A stretch of DNA of 35,353 nt from Amoebophrya sp. A120 (Eukaryota > Protista > Dinoflagellata): assembly GCA_905178155.1 (NCBI GenBank), contig CAJINV010000004.1:5231381-5266733 (forward strand), in the 5' to 3' direction. Of this stretch, positions 23,501-33,097 are shown piece by piece (positions within the stretch are counted from its first letter, which is position 1; the number at the start of each line of letters is the position of its first letter). The notes beneath the pieces were generated by a model. It saw nothing but the letters and a program-made list of their open reading frames with translations, ran no database searches and had not been told where the DNA came from. The translations under genes were made by a program, and so were the position numbers.

Positions 23501-26500
23501 TCGTTCAGCTGCCTGCTCGTGGTTGATAGTTCTTGCACTACATCCGCGGCCCCACCTTCGTTCAACACCTTGTTCATCTTACAAACCGCCGGCACGAGCT
23601 GCGGAAATTTGCGGCGCAAGTAGCCCTGCGTTCCGCGAACGATTTCGATCAGCGTTTTGGCCGCTGCGCAGAAAAACGCCGGTTCTAGATGGTGCATTTC
23701 GGAATCTAGCAGGTCGAACAGTCGCTGCCAGCTGTCCTGCAAAGACAAGTGGATGTGCGGCAGCTCGGTGTGCTGGAGGGTCAACAGCGTCTCCAATATA
23801 GCGCAGCGAGAGAGAAAGGGCAGCTCTTGGAAGCGAACCGGTAGATTTTGTTCATGATCTCCCTGCACGGACGTGGACGCTGCTGCTGCACTTTGGGATG
23901 AATAAAATTCCTCGGTCAGGAACTTCCGGACCTGCAGAATACACTTCCCCTGCAGGCTCGGCGAGCTGTCGCGAGCCAAGGAGGCGAGGGCGAGCAGACC
24001 CGGCTCGGAGATAATTTTTGAAAACGAAGGTGCTTGTTGGATAAGTAGAGGATCATGTTCTACTTGTTGAACATCTTCAAATAAACCTCCTACGGAATCT
24101 TCGTCTAAATTTTCTTGCCCCCCCGCGGCCTCGGTCGAAGTGTGACGCGCCGCGGCGCCAACAACCAAAGCCTGCGACCCGGTTGGCACCGTCGCCCTGG
24201 ATGATGTTTTCAACAATGGATATGATTCTCGACCACCAGCATCTTCGTTCTCTTCGTCGGCCAGGAGGCTGCTGCGCGGGCTCTCCGACTCGTCACCTTC
24301 TCCGATGATCGACAAGTAGTCCCGAAACCGCGGCGAAGTTCCGTCGTCGGTGGTGCCATTATTGAATTGTTCATCCGCGGAAGAGCTACCTCCATGCGCG
24401 TAGTTGAAATTATTTCCGTCCGTTCGGCCAGCCGCTTTTTTATGCATCTCACCACCAGACACCGTAGAGTTGTTCTTCTCCTCGTGCAATAAGTGGTCTG
24501 ATTCCAGATGCGACTCTTGATCTTTGGCCAGCTGCACGAAGCCTTTGCTACCAGCTCCTCCGTACCTCTTTCGAAACGCGTCTATCCTGGGTGCCAATCG
24601 GCTCCAGAGGTGGTGCTCGATGTCCGCGGGAGGGACATGGGAGAAACAGGCCTTCGCCCAGTCGATGTGATTACCCCGGGCCAGGGTCCACAGCGCCAGG
24701 ACCGCCATTTTGCGGACCTGCGTGGTTGGGCTGTTTGTTAAGAGGAGAAGCACGGATATCGGCTCCAGGTGTCCGAGCCAATTTTCAAACAGCGATGAAG
24801 AAGATCCACTCGACCACGTGCCGACGACGTGGTGGGACGAAATCATTTGCGTCGAGGTAGGAGACATCTTCACGGGTCCTGAACAAGAAGATGTGCTGGA
24901 AGTCAGAAGTCCACTGTTATCCCACGAGGTCGTGGGACCTACGACACCGATGCTGTTCTTGTTTCCACTACATGATCCATTCGTCATGTGCTTGGTTCCA
25001 AAAACACCTCGCCGGGTCGTTCTTGTTCCACAAGCTCCTGGTCCTGCTGCGGTCGTAGTAGTCGTAGCAGCTGTTGAACTACCGTTGCTGCTCACCAGCG
25101 CCAGCTGCAGCAAACATTCCACACACAGTTGCTGCACCTCCGCGGTTATCCTGTGCAAAAGTATCGTACTCGTATAAATGCAGGTCTTGCATTACAAATT
25201 TCTTTGTCAAGGCAAATCAGCATTACAAATTTCATTTCTCATGCTGAGAAAATTTGTAATGCATTTATACGAGTACGATACTTTTGCAGTTCATAGCGGT
25301 GGCCGTGGGCGCGAGCAGAACCAGGGCGTCGACGCCGCGGTGCTGGACGCACTATTACATTGAAAAATGCCCCCACCCCCGACCTTGGGAGAATTTGTAT
25401 TGCAAACCTTTCCAAATGAAACCCTCACCCTCTTGCATCTATCAGCATCACAGGTTTCCAATCGTGAACAGCAAGAATGTATTGTATTACAAAAGACCCC
25501 AGCAAAAGCGGCGCTTGTCATGCAAGCGATGCGATACACGCCTAGACCCTGCATCGGAAAGATTCATACTCCTTTCATGCATGACAAAACGTCTTCATTT
25601 GGAAACTTCGCATCACAAATTTTTACAATTTAAGGGGTGGGGGGCATTTTTCACTGTAATACGCACTCCTGGTTATCCAGGAGGAACAGGGAATGCAACA
25701 GGAACAACGCGTCCCGCTGCTCTTCCTCGGTCCCGGTTGCGGCGGCGTGGAGCAAGGGCGGATACTTGTTCGCTGAGGGCGACAGGGACGGCGAAGCAGC
25801 AGTCTTGGTGACACTGCCGTCAACTGTTCCTGGTGATGTGGCTATACCTGCTGATGAGGATGCTGTAGTTGTACTGAGACTTTTTTTACTACTGCTCCTT
25901 CCAGCTGCCGTCTCGCTTGAAGTACTCCGTGGAGGTGCACCAGCAACGTGTTGCCCAGAATGGACGTCCCCATCAAGTCGGTGCAGAAACGTGTGCGTCG
26001 CGTGCTCGCGAATTTCGTTTCTGAGCAGAAATTGGCCGACAAAAGCCTCGAGCTCGCCGTCGTTTCGCCGGCTCGCGAAGGTGCCAGAACCTGTGCCCGC
26101 ATGATGATCCTGGGTACCCGCCCACTGCGAAAAGGCCAGATCGATGATGTTCGCGATTTCTGGATGGGGTTGGCTTAAAACAAAACTGGGGCTAGAAGTT
26201 CTTGATGTCGTACTGCTGTCGATGGCAACTACATCCTGTTGAGAATTATTGCCCCCTCCAGCTGCCTTGTTGCCCGCGCTGTTCCTGCTTGATGCTGTTC
26301 CAGAAGCTTTGGTTCCTCCTGAAGTACCATTTCCCCCGGTCGCATAACTTTCACCGGCGCTAGTTTCTGACGCAGGTGCACTTGATGATGATGTTGCTCC
26401 GGCACTACTATTGTTGAGGGCACTTCTAGTACCTCCGCTTGCTCGTGAAGTTGGTCCAGAAGAACTGCTACAAGAACCTCCTCCACTCGGAGCTCCTGCA

Positions 26501-29500
26501 GTATCCCCGACCACGCCCTTACGCTTGTTGAAGGCGACGAAGCTGACCGCCTTGCGCCACCGCCGGCTGGCCCCGCTGCGGGACTTTTGAAGATGAGTTC
26601 CTCCTTTTTCCCCTGCATGCAGCTGCATCTCGTCCTGCTCCTCCTCGCGCCGGGCGGCGCTGGAGCTCGCCAGCAACAGCAGGCTGGCCCGGACCAAGGG
26701 CAAGAGGCGGAGGCCCGCGGAGGAGGAAGTGCGCGCGACGTTCAGCAGCGTCCATGCACAGTTGCGAAACATCCGCCGCCGGAGCACCGGCGTTTCCCCT
26801 TCCAGGTCCGGCCGGGTCGGTTTTGTGATTGTACTCGTCATGTTGCTGGAAGCTTGCTGAAGATGTTGCGTCGCGTTGTTTATGTTTTCCCCACCTGGTT
26901 GCTCGTCTACAGCTCCGTCAAGATCCTGTTCGTGGTGCTCGCCAGGTGTAGTTGTAACACTCGCTGCTCCTTCCATCGTCGTTTGTGCATGAAGTGTTTG
27001 GCTGCCAACCCCTCCGTCTTGCGATGCACGCACAGAAGTGGAAGACATTGACATAATTCCAGCCCCCTGTAGTTGTTGTACCTGGTGTACCCCCCCGGCA
27101 CCATGATGAAAACTGGGTGGTAATTTGACGATTTCGTGCAGCCCCGCATGCACCGCGTTGGAATTCAGCATGGTTTTCACGTTCAGCTTGTCCTGCGCCA
27201 GGTTTGCCAAGCACCCGGTCAACCAGACTCGCGCGGGCAGCGTGCTCTCTCGCGCCAGGCAGTTCGCGATGATGACTAGCAGCGGAAGCTCGATTGTAGT
27301 GCCGCCCGGCTGGTGCCCTAGTTGTAAACTACCTGAGTTGCCGCTCGTGCCTGCCGTGCCAGATCCGGCTTGCAAAGAACTGCTCATACTTGCTTGGAGC
27401 TGCGGGCCGGACAGCTGCGCTTTCTGCCCGGCTACCAGTCCTCCTGCTCCCGGCTGATCATTCTGCAGCTGCACGTGCGACCCGGTCTTGTGGACGCACG
27501 CGGAGGTGGCGCTGGTGAGCGCACAAAGCCCTGCGGCCAGAAAACGCTGGCAGAACGGGTGGGTCCGCCCAGTGCGCCCGAGAAGCTCGCAGATCGGCTC
27601 CAGGTAATCTCCGAGCTTCTCGCTGGTTTCCGCAAAAAGAGACATTCGCGCGATCGCAGCCGCAATCGCGACCAGCAGGCCGTCCCAAGAGGCGCGACGC
27701 ATCATCATGTTATTGTTGGAGGTGCTGGACGAGGTTTCGCTGCTGTCGAGATTTATTTGAACTACGGAAGTCAAAGGAGTTCTTGCACTGTGACCAAGAT
27801 GTTGATCAACGGGCGTACTGTAGTAATTGTCAACACCGTAGTTTATTTTCGGAGTACCAGCACAGGCCGTTGGGTCCGTGACGACCTGGAGGTGATGGGG
27901 TGCTCCGATGGAGGTGGTCCCCGCGACGTTCATGCTATGATCCGAGAAGCAGATGACGCTGGCATTTCGGCTCTTCAGGTCTTCCACTACCTGGGCGACC
28001 AGTCTGAAAAAGGACACGAGAACACCCTTTTGCAGTAGCATTTGCCGTATGAACTGCAAAAGTGTCTGGGTCTGGAAGAGTGCAAGTTTGTCGCGCTTGT
28101 CTGGCATGACTCGAGAATCTGTGTTGCATAGGCGCGAAAAGGCCCTCTTGCCTGTCACGCGAAAACGCAGTTTGCCATGCGGAATACGTAAGACATGGCA
28201 GCCAAAAAATTTGTCATGCATAGCTGCGCACTGCAGTGCGTCTTCCATTTACTTTTAGCATTACAAGTTTCCAGACCCAGACATATTTGCAATCCATATG
28301 CCGTGCGAGGTCGCACGCACTCAGGGTCGCCAGCACCTGGGGCAAAAACGTACCGCTCGCGCTTCCTGGATGATGCGCTCCCACGTGGTCGACGCCAACG
28401 GTCGTATTGGTTGTACCTGCTCCACCGTCGCTCTTTACAAACCGCAGGAGCGGCTCACCGGCGACATGCATGAACATCTTGCCGTCGAGTGCATCCCGAA
28501 TGACCAACAGCAAGTATTTCGCGACCAGCGCCCGGTCGCGGTGCTTCCGCGAGCCCAGTCGGCGCGCCAGCTCCTCGAAAAACGCAACCCGCTTCACCGT
28601 CCAGCTGTGACTAGAATCAGAATTTGTATTGAGGTTGTTATGGTTTTGGTTAATATTGCTCGCACTCGTACCCAGCTGATACTCAGTGGTGCCAGAAAAC
28701 AGCTCCAAAAGGTCTGCTTGATGGAGGTTCAACATCTCCAACTGTTGATTTGTTCCCTTCATCACACTTGTTGCCCCGCCCGCGACGGCCCGGTTTAATA
28801 TACCAGGATTATCCACTGGCGATATTCCACCTAGCCCGGCGGCCTGACCTCCACCTAGTGGCAATCCTGCTACGCTCTGCCGCATCGAGCGGCGATGGTG
28901 GAAGGACTGCGACCGCTGGTAGCTGATCGCCGGCTTGGATGTTGAAGTAGACTTGGTACTAGTTGTACTTCCCGCCCCGGCTGTTGTTCCAAGCGGCTGG
29001 AACGAGCTGGAAGACGACAAAGGCGGGCCACCTGCTCCGGCTCCTATAGAGCCGGATGCTGCGTAAAAATGATGATCCCGCCCGACATCAGCACCCGCTG
29101 CGCCAGCACTTCCTCCCATGTTGAGGACATGATTGTACTGGTGCGCAGCCGTACCAGCATGCTGCGGCAGCCCCGAGGTGCGAAATACTAAATTGCTCCC
29201 CCGGGTGGTGGAGGACGTCGAAGAGATCGCAGTAGTTGCAGCATGATGTTGGTAGTCTGCAAGAATGCCGTCCCCAGGAGACGACGAGTCAGTTTTTGCG
29301 CGGAAGATTGCGAGCAGCTCTTCGTAGTCGTGGTCGACCGAGCCAAGCAGGTAGTCCAGGTAGGCTTCCTCCTCCGAAGTGCCGTCCCGTTCCCGTTTCC
29401 GGACCAAATTGCGGTCCAGATCTGCCATCGACGCGTTTTTCTGCGTCTGGAAGGAGTACCCCAAACCCAGTGCCCCTTTCCACTCGCCGGGGGGTAGGCT

Positions 29501-30648
29501 TGCCAAGCGTTGCTTCCAGGTCTGCCCGAGCAGCGAACTCGCCTTCCCCGCATCCCGGGCGGAGGGATAGGGAAAATCGTCCCCCAAGGCCTCGCTGACA
29601 TCCTCTTCCGTTTCCTCGGAGACGGGTGGGAGAAAGGGATTCAGCCGTGCGGGTCTTTATCGTGAGGAAAAATCCCCCCTCACCATACTCACAATGGAAA
29701 TTTGTGATGCTGCTCTGTGGCCACAAATCAGCTTTGTCTTGCATATGAGGCAAATGGGAGCCATGTGGTGCAGTCCACAGCCAAGTTGTCATGCGCTCTT
29801 GCCTACCGCAAAGCTGTCTGTCATGCCTGAGTGCTAGCCTTTTGCAGACCTAATCAGGCTTTGGAAGTGCCTGCAAGCGCTTGCTGCAATACAGCGCTGA
29901 TTTGTCGTGTACACAAATCCAGCAACAGAAATTTCCGTTTCACTATGTCTGTGCAGGAGGATTTTTCTGTTTGTTAGTCTTCGCTTGATGGTTATCAAAT
30001 GTAAAAATGTCTAGGTCTGGAAGAATGCATGTTTGTCATGCTTGTGTGGCATGACTCTTAAATCTGTCATGCAAGTTACCCAAGAGCTCCATTTTTCTCT
30101 GATGCAGAAACGCAGTTTGTCATGCAGAATAGGCAACACCTAGAAGCTCAGAAACTTGTGATGCTGAGCCAGCATGTCTGGCCTCATCATGATACGCCAC
30201 CCAGCATCACAAGTTTCCAGACCCAGACATTTTTACATTTGATAATGGTCTCGTCTCCGACCCGGTCCTCGTCCACGCTTTTGCGCTTCTTCGCGTTATA
30301 TCAAATGCAAATATGTCTGGGTCTGGAAATTTGTAATGCAAGAAAGGGAAGAGTGAGCGCACTGTAATGCGCTGCCCAGCATGACAAGTTTTTCCGTGGC
30401 TCAGAGTTGCGCTTGCGCGCTCCGCATGAGAAACTGCGTTTTTGCATGACAAACAAGAAGAGCTCTTCGCGGGCACGCAATACAGAGTTTAGAGTCATGC
30501 CAGACTAGCATGACAAATCTCGCAATCTCCCCGACCCAGACATTCTTGCACTTGTGCATACGCTAGAAGTACTTGCGGTGGCACTTGCGGTCGTGGAGGC
30601 TGCAGCGGTGGAGGCTGCAGCAGTTTCCCGGGGCTGCTTTTGCGACAT
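11553..30648 (-). CDS. Very large (~4,200 aa) ARM/HEAT-repeat-like protein with long low-complexity insertions
   Basis: Six large same-strand ORFs join in frame after removing 6 introners, the 4735-bp cassette array and GT-AG introns (13112-13280; ~22510-22591). ARM-like helices: LLAEAARAVALFSRASPRFREKVLELGGLSLVVELL, WLTGCLANLAQ, RNCAWTLLNVAR, VRKMAVLALWTLARG. Probable start MSQKQPRE at 30648. The 3' end may splice further (GTGAGT donor-like site at the stop). Confidence 0.7.
15278..16232. mobile_element. Cassette 1: non-autonomous TIR element flanked by a 56-bp direct duplication
   Basis: ~65-bp imperfect TIR TTAGTGCCAAATCGCCCC...AAAGACTTTGCAAAAACTTT / AAAAGTTTTTAAAAAGTCTTT...GGGGCGATTTGGCAGTAA, abutting the repeats exactly. 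Internal inverted/direct repeats GAAAAATCGCGCCCA(G/A)CGGATTC. Confidence 0.85.
16289..17438. mobile_element. Cassette 2: non-autonomous TIR element
   Basis: ~42-bp TIR GGGAAATACTTTTTCAAAAAAC(T)nCGCCACATAT (16291-16332) vs ATATGTGGC(A)nGTTTTCAGAGAAAGTGTTTCCC (17387-17428). Central G/C-run hairpins at 16800-16930. Confidence 0.8.
17481..18545. mobile_element. Cassette 3: non-autonomous TIR element
   Basis: TIR ATTAGCGTTAGCGTTTTGAAATTTG...TTTTTCTTGATT (from 17497) vs AATCAAAAAAAATTT...CAAATCTCAAAACGCTAACGCTAACGCTAACGCTAAT (to 18539). Internal 2 direct + 2 inverted copies of AAAAAACGCTAATAAACTC.TGATAGC. Confidence 0.8.
18586..19972. mobile_element. Cassette 4: non-autonomous TIR element
   Basis: Imperfect TIR ...GCATCTGCGCAAAATGTAGGAGCTCG vs CGAGACACTACCTTTTGCGCAGATGC...; dispersed internal TGCTCCGATG / CATCGGAGCA motifs. 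Confidence 0.75.
25147..25295. mobile_element. Introner, family B
   Basis: TIR core TGCAAAAGTATCGTACTCGTATAAATGCA perfectly inverted, TAT/ATA ends; TSD GCGGT; internally similar to 7800-7955. Removal gives LAPTATA-EVQQL. Confidence 0.93.
25353..25661. mobile_element. Introner, family E
   Basis: TIR TATTACATTGAAAAATGCCCCCACCCC / GGGGTGGGGGGCATTTTTCACTGTAATA; TSD CGCAC. Removal gives DNQEC-VQHRGVD. Confidence 0.92.
28048..28298. mobile_element. Introner, family A
   Basis: TIR TATGAACTGCAAAAGTGTCTGGGTCTGGAA / TTCCAGACCCAGACATATTTGCAATCCATA; TSD TGCCG. Removal gives CDLAR-QMLLQKG. Confidence 0.93.
29658..29976. mobile_element. Introner, family F (degenerate TIR)
   Basis: TATCGTGAGGAAAAATCCCCC / GGAGGATTTTTCTGTTTGTTA; TSD GTCTT. 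Removal gives TIKRR-PARLNPF in frame. Confidence 0.78.
29993..30244. mobile_element. Introner, family A
   Basis: TIR TATCAAATGTAAAAATGTCTAGGTCTGGAA / TTCCAGACCCAGACATTTTTACATTTGATA; TSD ATGGT. Confidence 0.92.
30299..30560. mobile_element. Introner, family A, inverted relative to its neighbours
   Basis: TIR TATCAAATGCAAATATGTCTGGGTCTGGAA / CCCCGACCCAGACATTCTTGCACTTGTGCATA; imperfect TSD CGTTA / CGCTA. Interior matches the reverse complement of 28048-28298. Confidence 0.88.
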
Positions 30649-31328
30649 GGCTCGATCATGCGGGGGAAACAAGAAGCGGGGAGGCGGCTAGTATCTTCTT
30701 TTGGGGCTCATCCTGCGCGGCGCAAGATGGCCAGTGGTTAAACGTCTTTCCTTTCGATTCTGATGGTGCCCAGCTCTTGCGGCATGTTGTGCATAATTAT
30801 GACTTTAGTATGTAATCACCCGCCATCGTCCCCAAAAAAGAACGCCCGCTTTTTGAAAAGAAAATAGGACAACTCAATCTCTCGACTGGTGACGAGCGTC
30901 GCGCTAATTTACAACCTACTTATACTTACCCCACTCTTGTTGCTCAAGGATACGATCCTGGTCGCGCTCACGACTTGTACTTTGGCCGCTTAGCAAGCAT
31001 GCAACCCTGCTTGCCGCCGCAGTCTTGCAGCTGCATGACCTGCAACAGTTTCGCACTTGTTCGATATGCCCAGTCTTCATCGAAATACTTTATTCACCTC
31101 GCACCTGTCGCGGAACTACTATAAAATGACAACTGTAGACGGCTTTTTAGCTTTTTCGCAGACAGAGACTGTGATGCTCATGCTGCTTCATACGCGAAAC
31201 TCATCAGATTCAATGTCGACGAAATTGCCGCTTTTATTCCGAAATCCTCTTTATCGGATAGCAAAAGTAAAAGCACAAGTGACATTTTTTGATATAAGTA
31301 ATAAAATCAGGCAAAGCAACTTTATCCC

Positions 31329-31856
31329 TGTTGGTCATGGAAATCGATCCCGCACACACGTAACACGATCGCCCCAAATGACGCCTGCTCCTCAATGAAA
31401 TGACAGTTCTGAATGACCTGAACTAGCTAGATCCTTAGGGAAATGGTCAGAATCTATCTAGATCCTGAAGGAAACTCGTCACCATGTTCCGCGAATCCCC
31501 CAAATACTACGAAGGCAAAGCCATCAGGATCGTAGTGAAATGAATGGACTCAGCTCGGTCCAGACGTTCGGAATGGTCGCCCTGGGGGACTTGACTCCCG
31601 CCAGGGTCGAGCACCAATCTGAGCAGGTTGAGGAGTGGACTCCCATGCTGTTTGGCCACTTGACTCTGACCAGGTTTGGTCCATATGAATGTGATGAATT
31701 TGGATGAATTGAACCTACAGGATGTAACGCAGCAAGAGACTTGCGTCACTTGCTTGCTTACTTGCAATTGAGAGAATTCGTCGAACTGCTGTTGATAACG
31801 AGCTCAGTGGAGCAAACGTGTGTAAGTGTGTGCGAGTGTTCTCAAGTCCACTAACA
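31329..31856 (+). repeat. Putative 5' LTR
   Basis: Begins TGTTGGT and ends ACTAACA (6/7 inverted match, TG...CA), 60 bp before the gag ATG. The 3' LTR is outside the window, so this is unverified; no clear TGG-type PBS. Confidence 0.45.
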
Positions 31857-31915
31857 CTACGTTACGCCTTGAGACTCAAACTGGCTCTTCTAGTCAGATA
31901 AGTTTATTTGAAATA

Positions 31916-33097
31916 ATGGGCCAAGAGGCAAAGCTGGTGGAGAAGTTGTCCAGCGCGCAGGACTGGCGCGTCTGGCATCGCGGAGTCACGAACGAGGTTT
32001 CTCGCCTCGGACTCCAGGAGTATTGGGATAATCGTCTTGCTGGTAACCCTCCGGGGATTCCGCAGGCGAACAATACTGCCAATAACGCGACCCGGGAGAA
32101 GTGGCGCGACCTGAGGGATGCCATCTACAAGTCGTGCACCGGGTCCGTGTCCACGTGGGTCAACAGTCAGCACTACATCAACGACGACGCTGCGCAGCTG
32201 TTCATGCGTATTCGTGATGTTGGTCGCTTCAATGTTGCCTCCCGTGACCAGCAGCACATCAAGACGTCCTCGATCGACGCCATGCATTTCGACAACCGCG
32301 ACGCGCCGAAGGATGCTCCGACGTTCCTGGCCCAGATCCACGACTTAATGGCGATGGCGCCGAGTGTCTACGTCCCGGAGCCCGGGCGTCCGGCTGAAGA
32401 TCAGCATGTCAAGAACATTCTGGACAAGTTGCCCAAGATGTTCGCGTCGGCCTTCCGCCAGACCATCGACCGCTGCGTGGACGAGTCCGATCACATCACC
32501 CCCCAGCAGATCGGCGACCGTCTCGAGAAGAAGCTCGCGCAGCTGGTCAAGGAAGGTTCGTACAAGATCGAGAATCCGTCCTTCGGCAAGGCCTTCCCGG
32601 TCGTCGAGGAAAAGACGAAGAAGAAGAAGGGAAACAAACGTCAGAAAGATGATGACGATGAGGAGCCGGACTCCGCTGATGATGGTCAAAATGCTGCTTC
32701 TGGCAAGGTGTTCTCGGCGAAAGCCTTGAAACGCATGAAAGCCAAATTGCGCAAGCAGACCGAAGCGAGTGTCTTGGCTGCCCATGGCCTGCCCCCGAAA
32801 GCTAACGCCAAGGGCGGAAGTGGCCAGAAAGGTGGCAAGACTGGTCGGAACCAGAGCACTCCCTACAACACTGTGACCAAACCCAAATGCTGGATCTGTA
32901 ACAAGGAAGGCCACAAGGCTGACCGTTGCTACTGGAATCCTAACAAAGGACAAGGGAAAGGTCAGTGGGGTGGTGTCTGGGGAAACCAGCATCCGCAGTG
33001 GTGTCCGCCGGTGAACCAGAACCAGACGAACAACCAGAATCAAGGGCAGGGAGCCGGTGGAAAGCAGGGTGGTTGGGTCTGGCAAGGACCAGCCTGA
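31916..33097 (+). CDS. gag: Copia Gag with CCHC zinc knuckle
   Basis: KLSSAQDWRVW N-terminus; CWICNKEGHKADRC (CX2CX4HX4C); ends at TGA 33095-33097. Confidence 0.85.
   Translation: MGQEAKLVEKLSSAQDWRVWHRGVTNEVSRLGLQEYWDNRLAGNPPGIPQANNTANNATREKWRDLRDAIYKSCTGSVSTWVNSQHYINDDAAQLFMRIRDVGRFNVASRDQQHIKTSSIDAMHFDNRDAPKDAPTFLAQIHDLMAMAPSVYVPEPGRPAEDQHVKNILDKLPKMFASAFRQTIDRCVDESDHITPQQIGDRLEKKLAQLVKEGSYKIENPSFGKAFPVVEEKTKKKKGNKRQKDDDDEEPDSADDGQNAASGKVFSAKALKRMKAKLRKQTEASVLAAHGLPPKANAKGGSGQKGGKTGRNQSTPYNTVTKPKCWICNKEGHKADRCYWNPNKGQGKGQWGGVWGNQHPQWCPPVNQNQTNNQNQGQGAGGKQGGWVWQGPA

Noticed and set aside
11598-29598. Numerous plus-strand ORFs overlapping the large gene
   Set aside because: Antisense shadows of GC-rich coding exons with no independent support.
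3548-30498. Recurrent peptides LPDPDIFA / FQTQTFLHLI / KNVWVWK in many small ORFs
   Set aside because: These are translations of the family A TIR, not a protein domain.
31911-31925. ATAATGGGCCAAG as a copia half-tRNA primer site
   Set aside because: Only a partial match to GGTTATGGGCCCAG and ~55 bp from the inferred LTR end.
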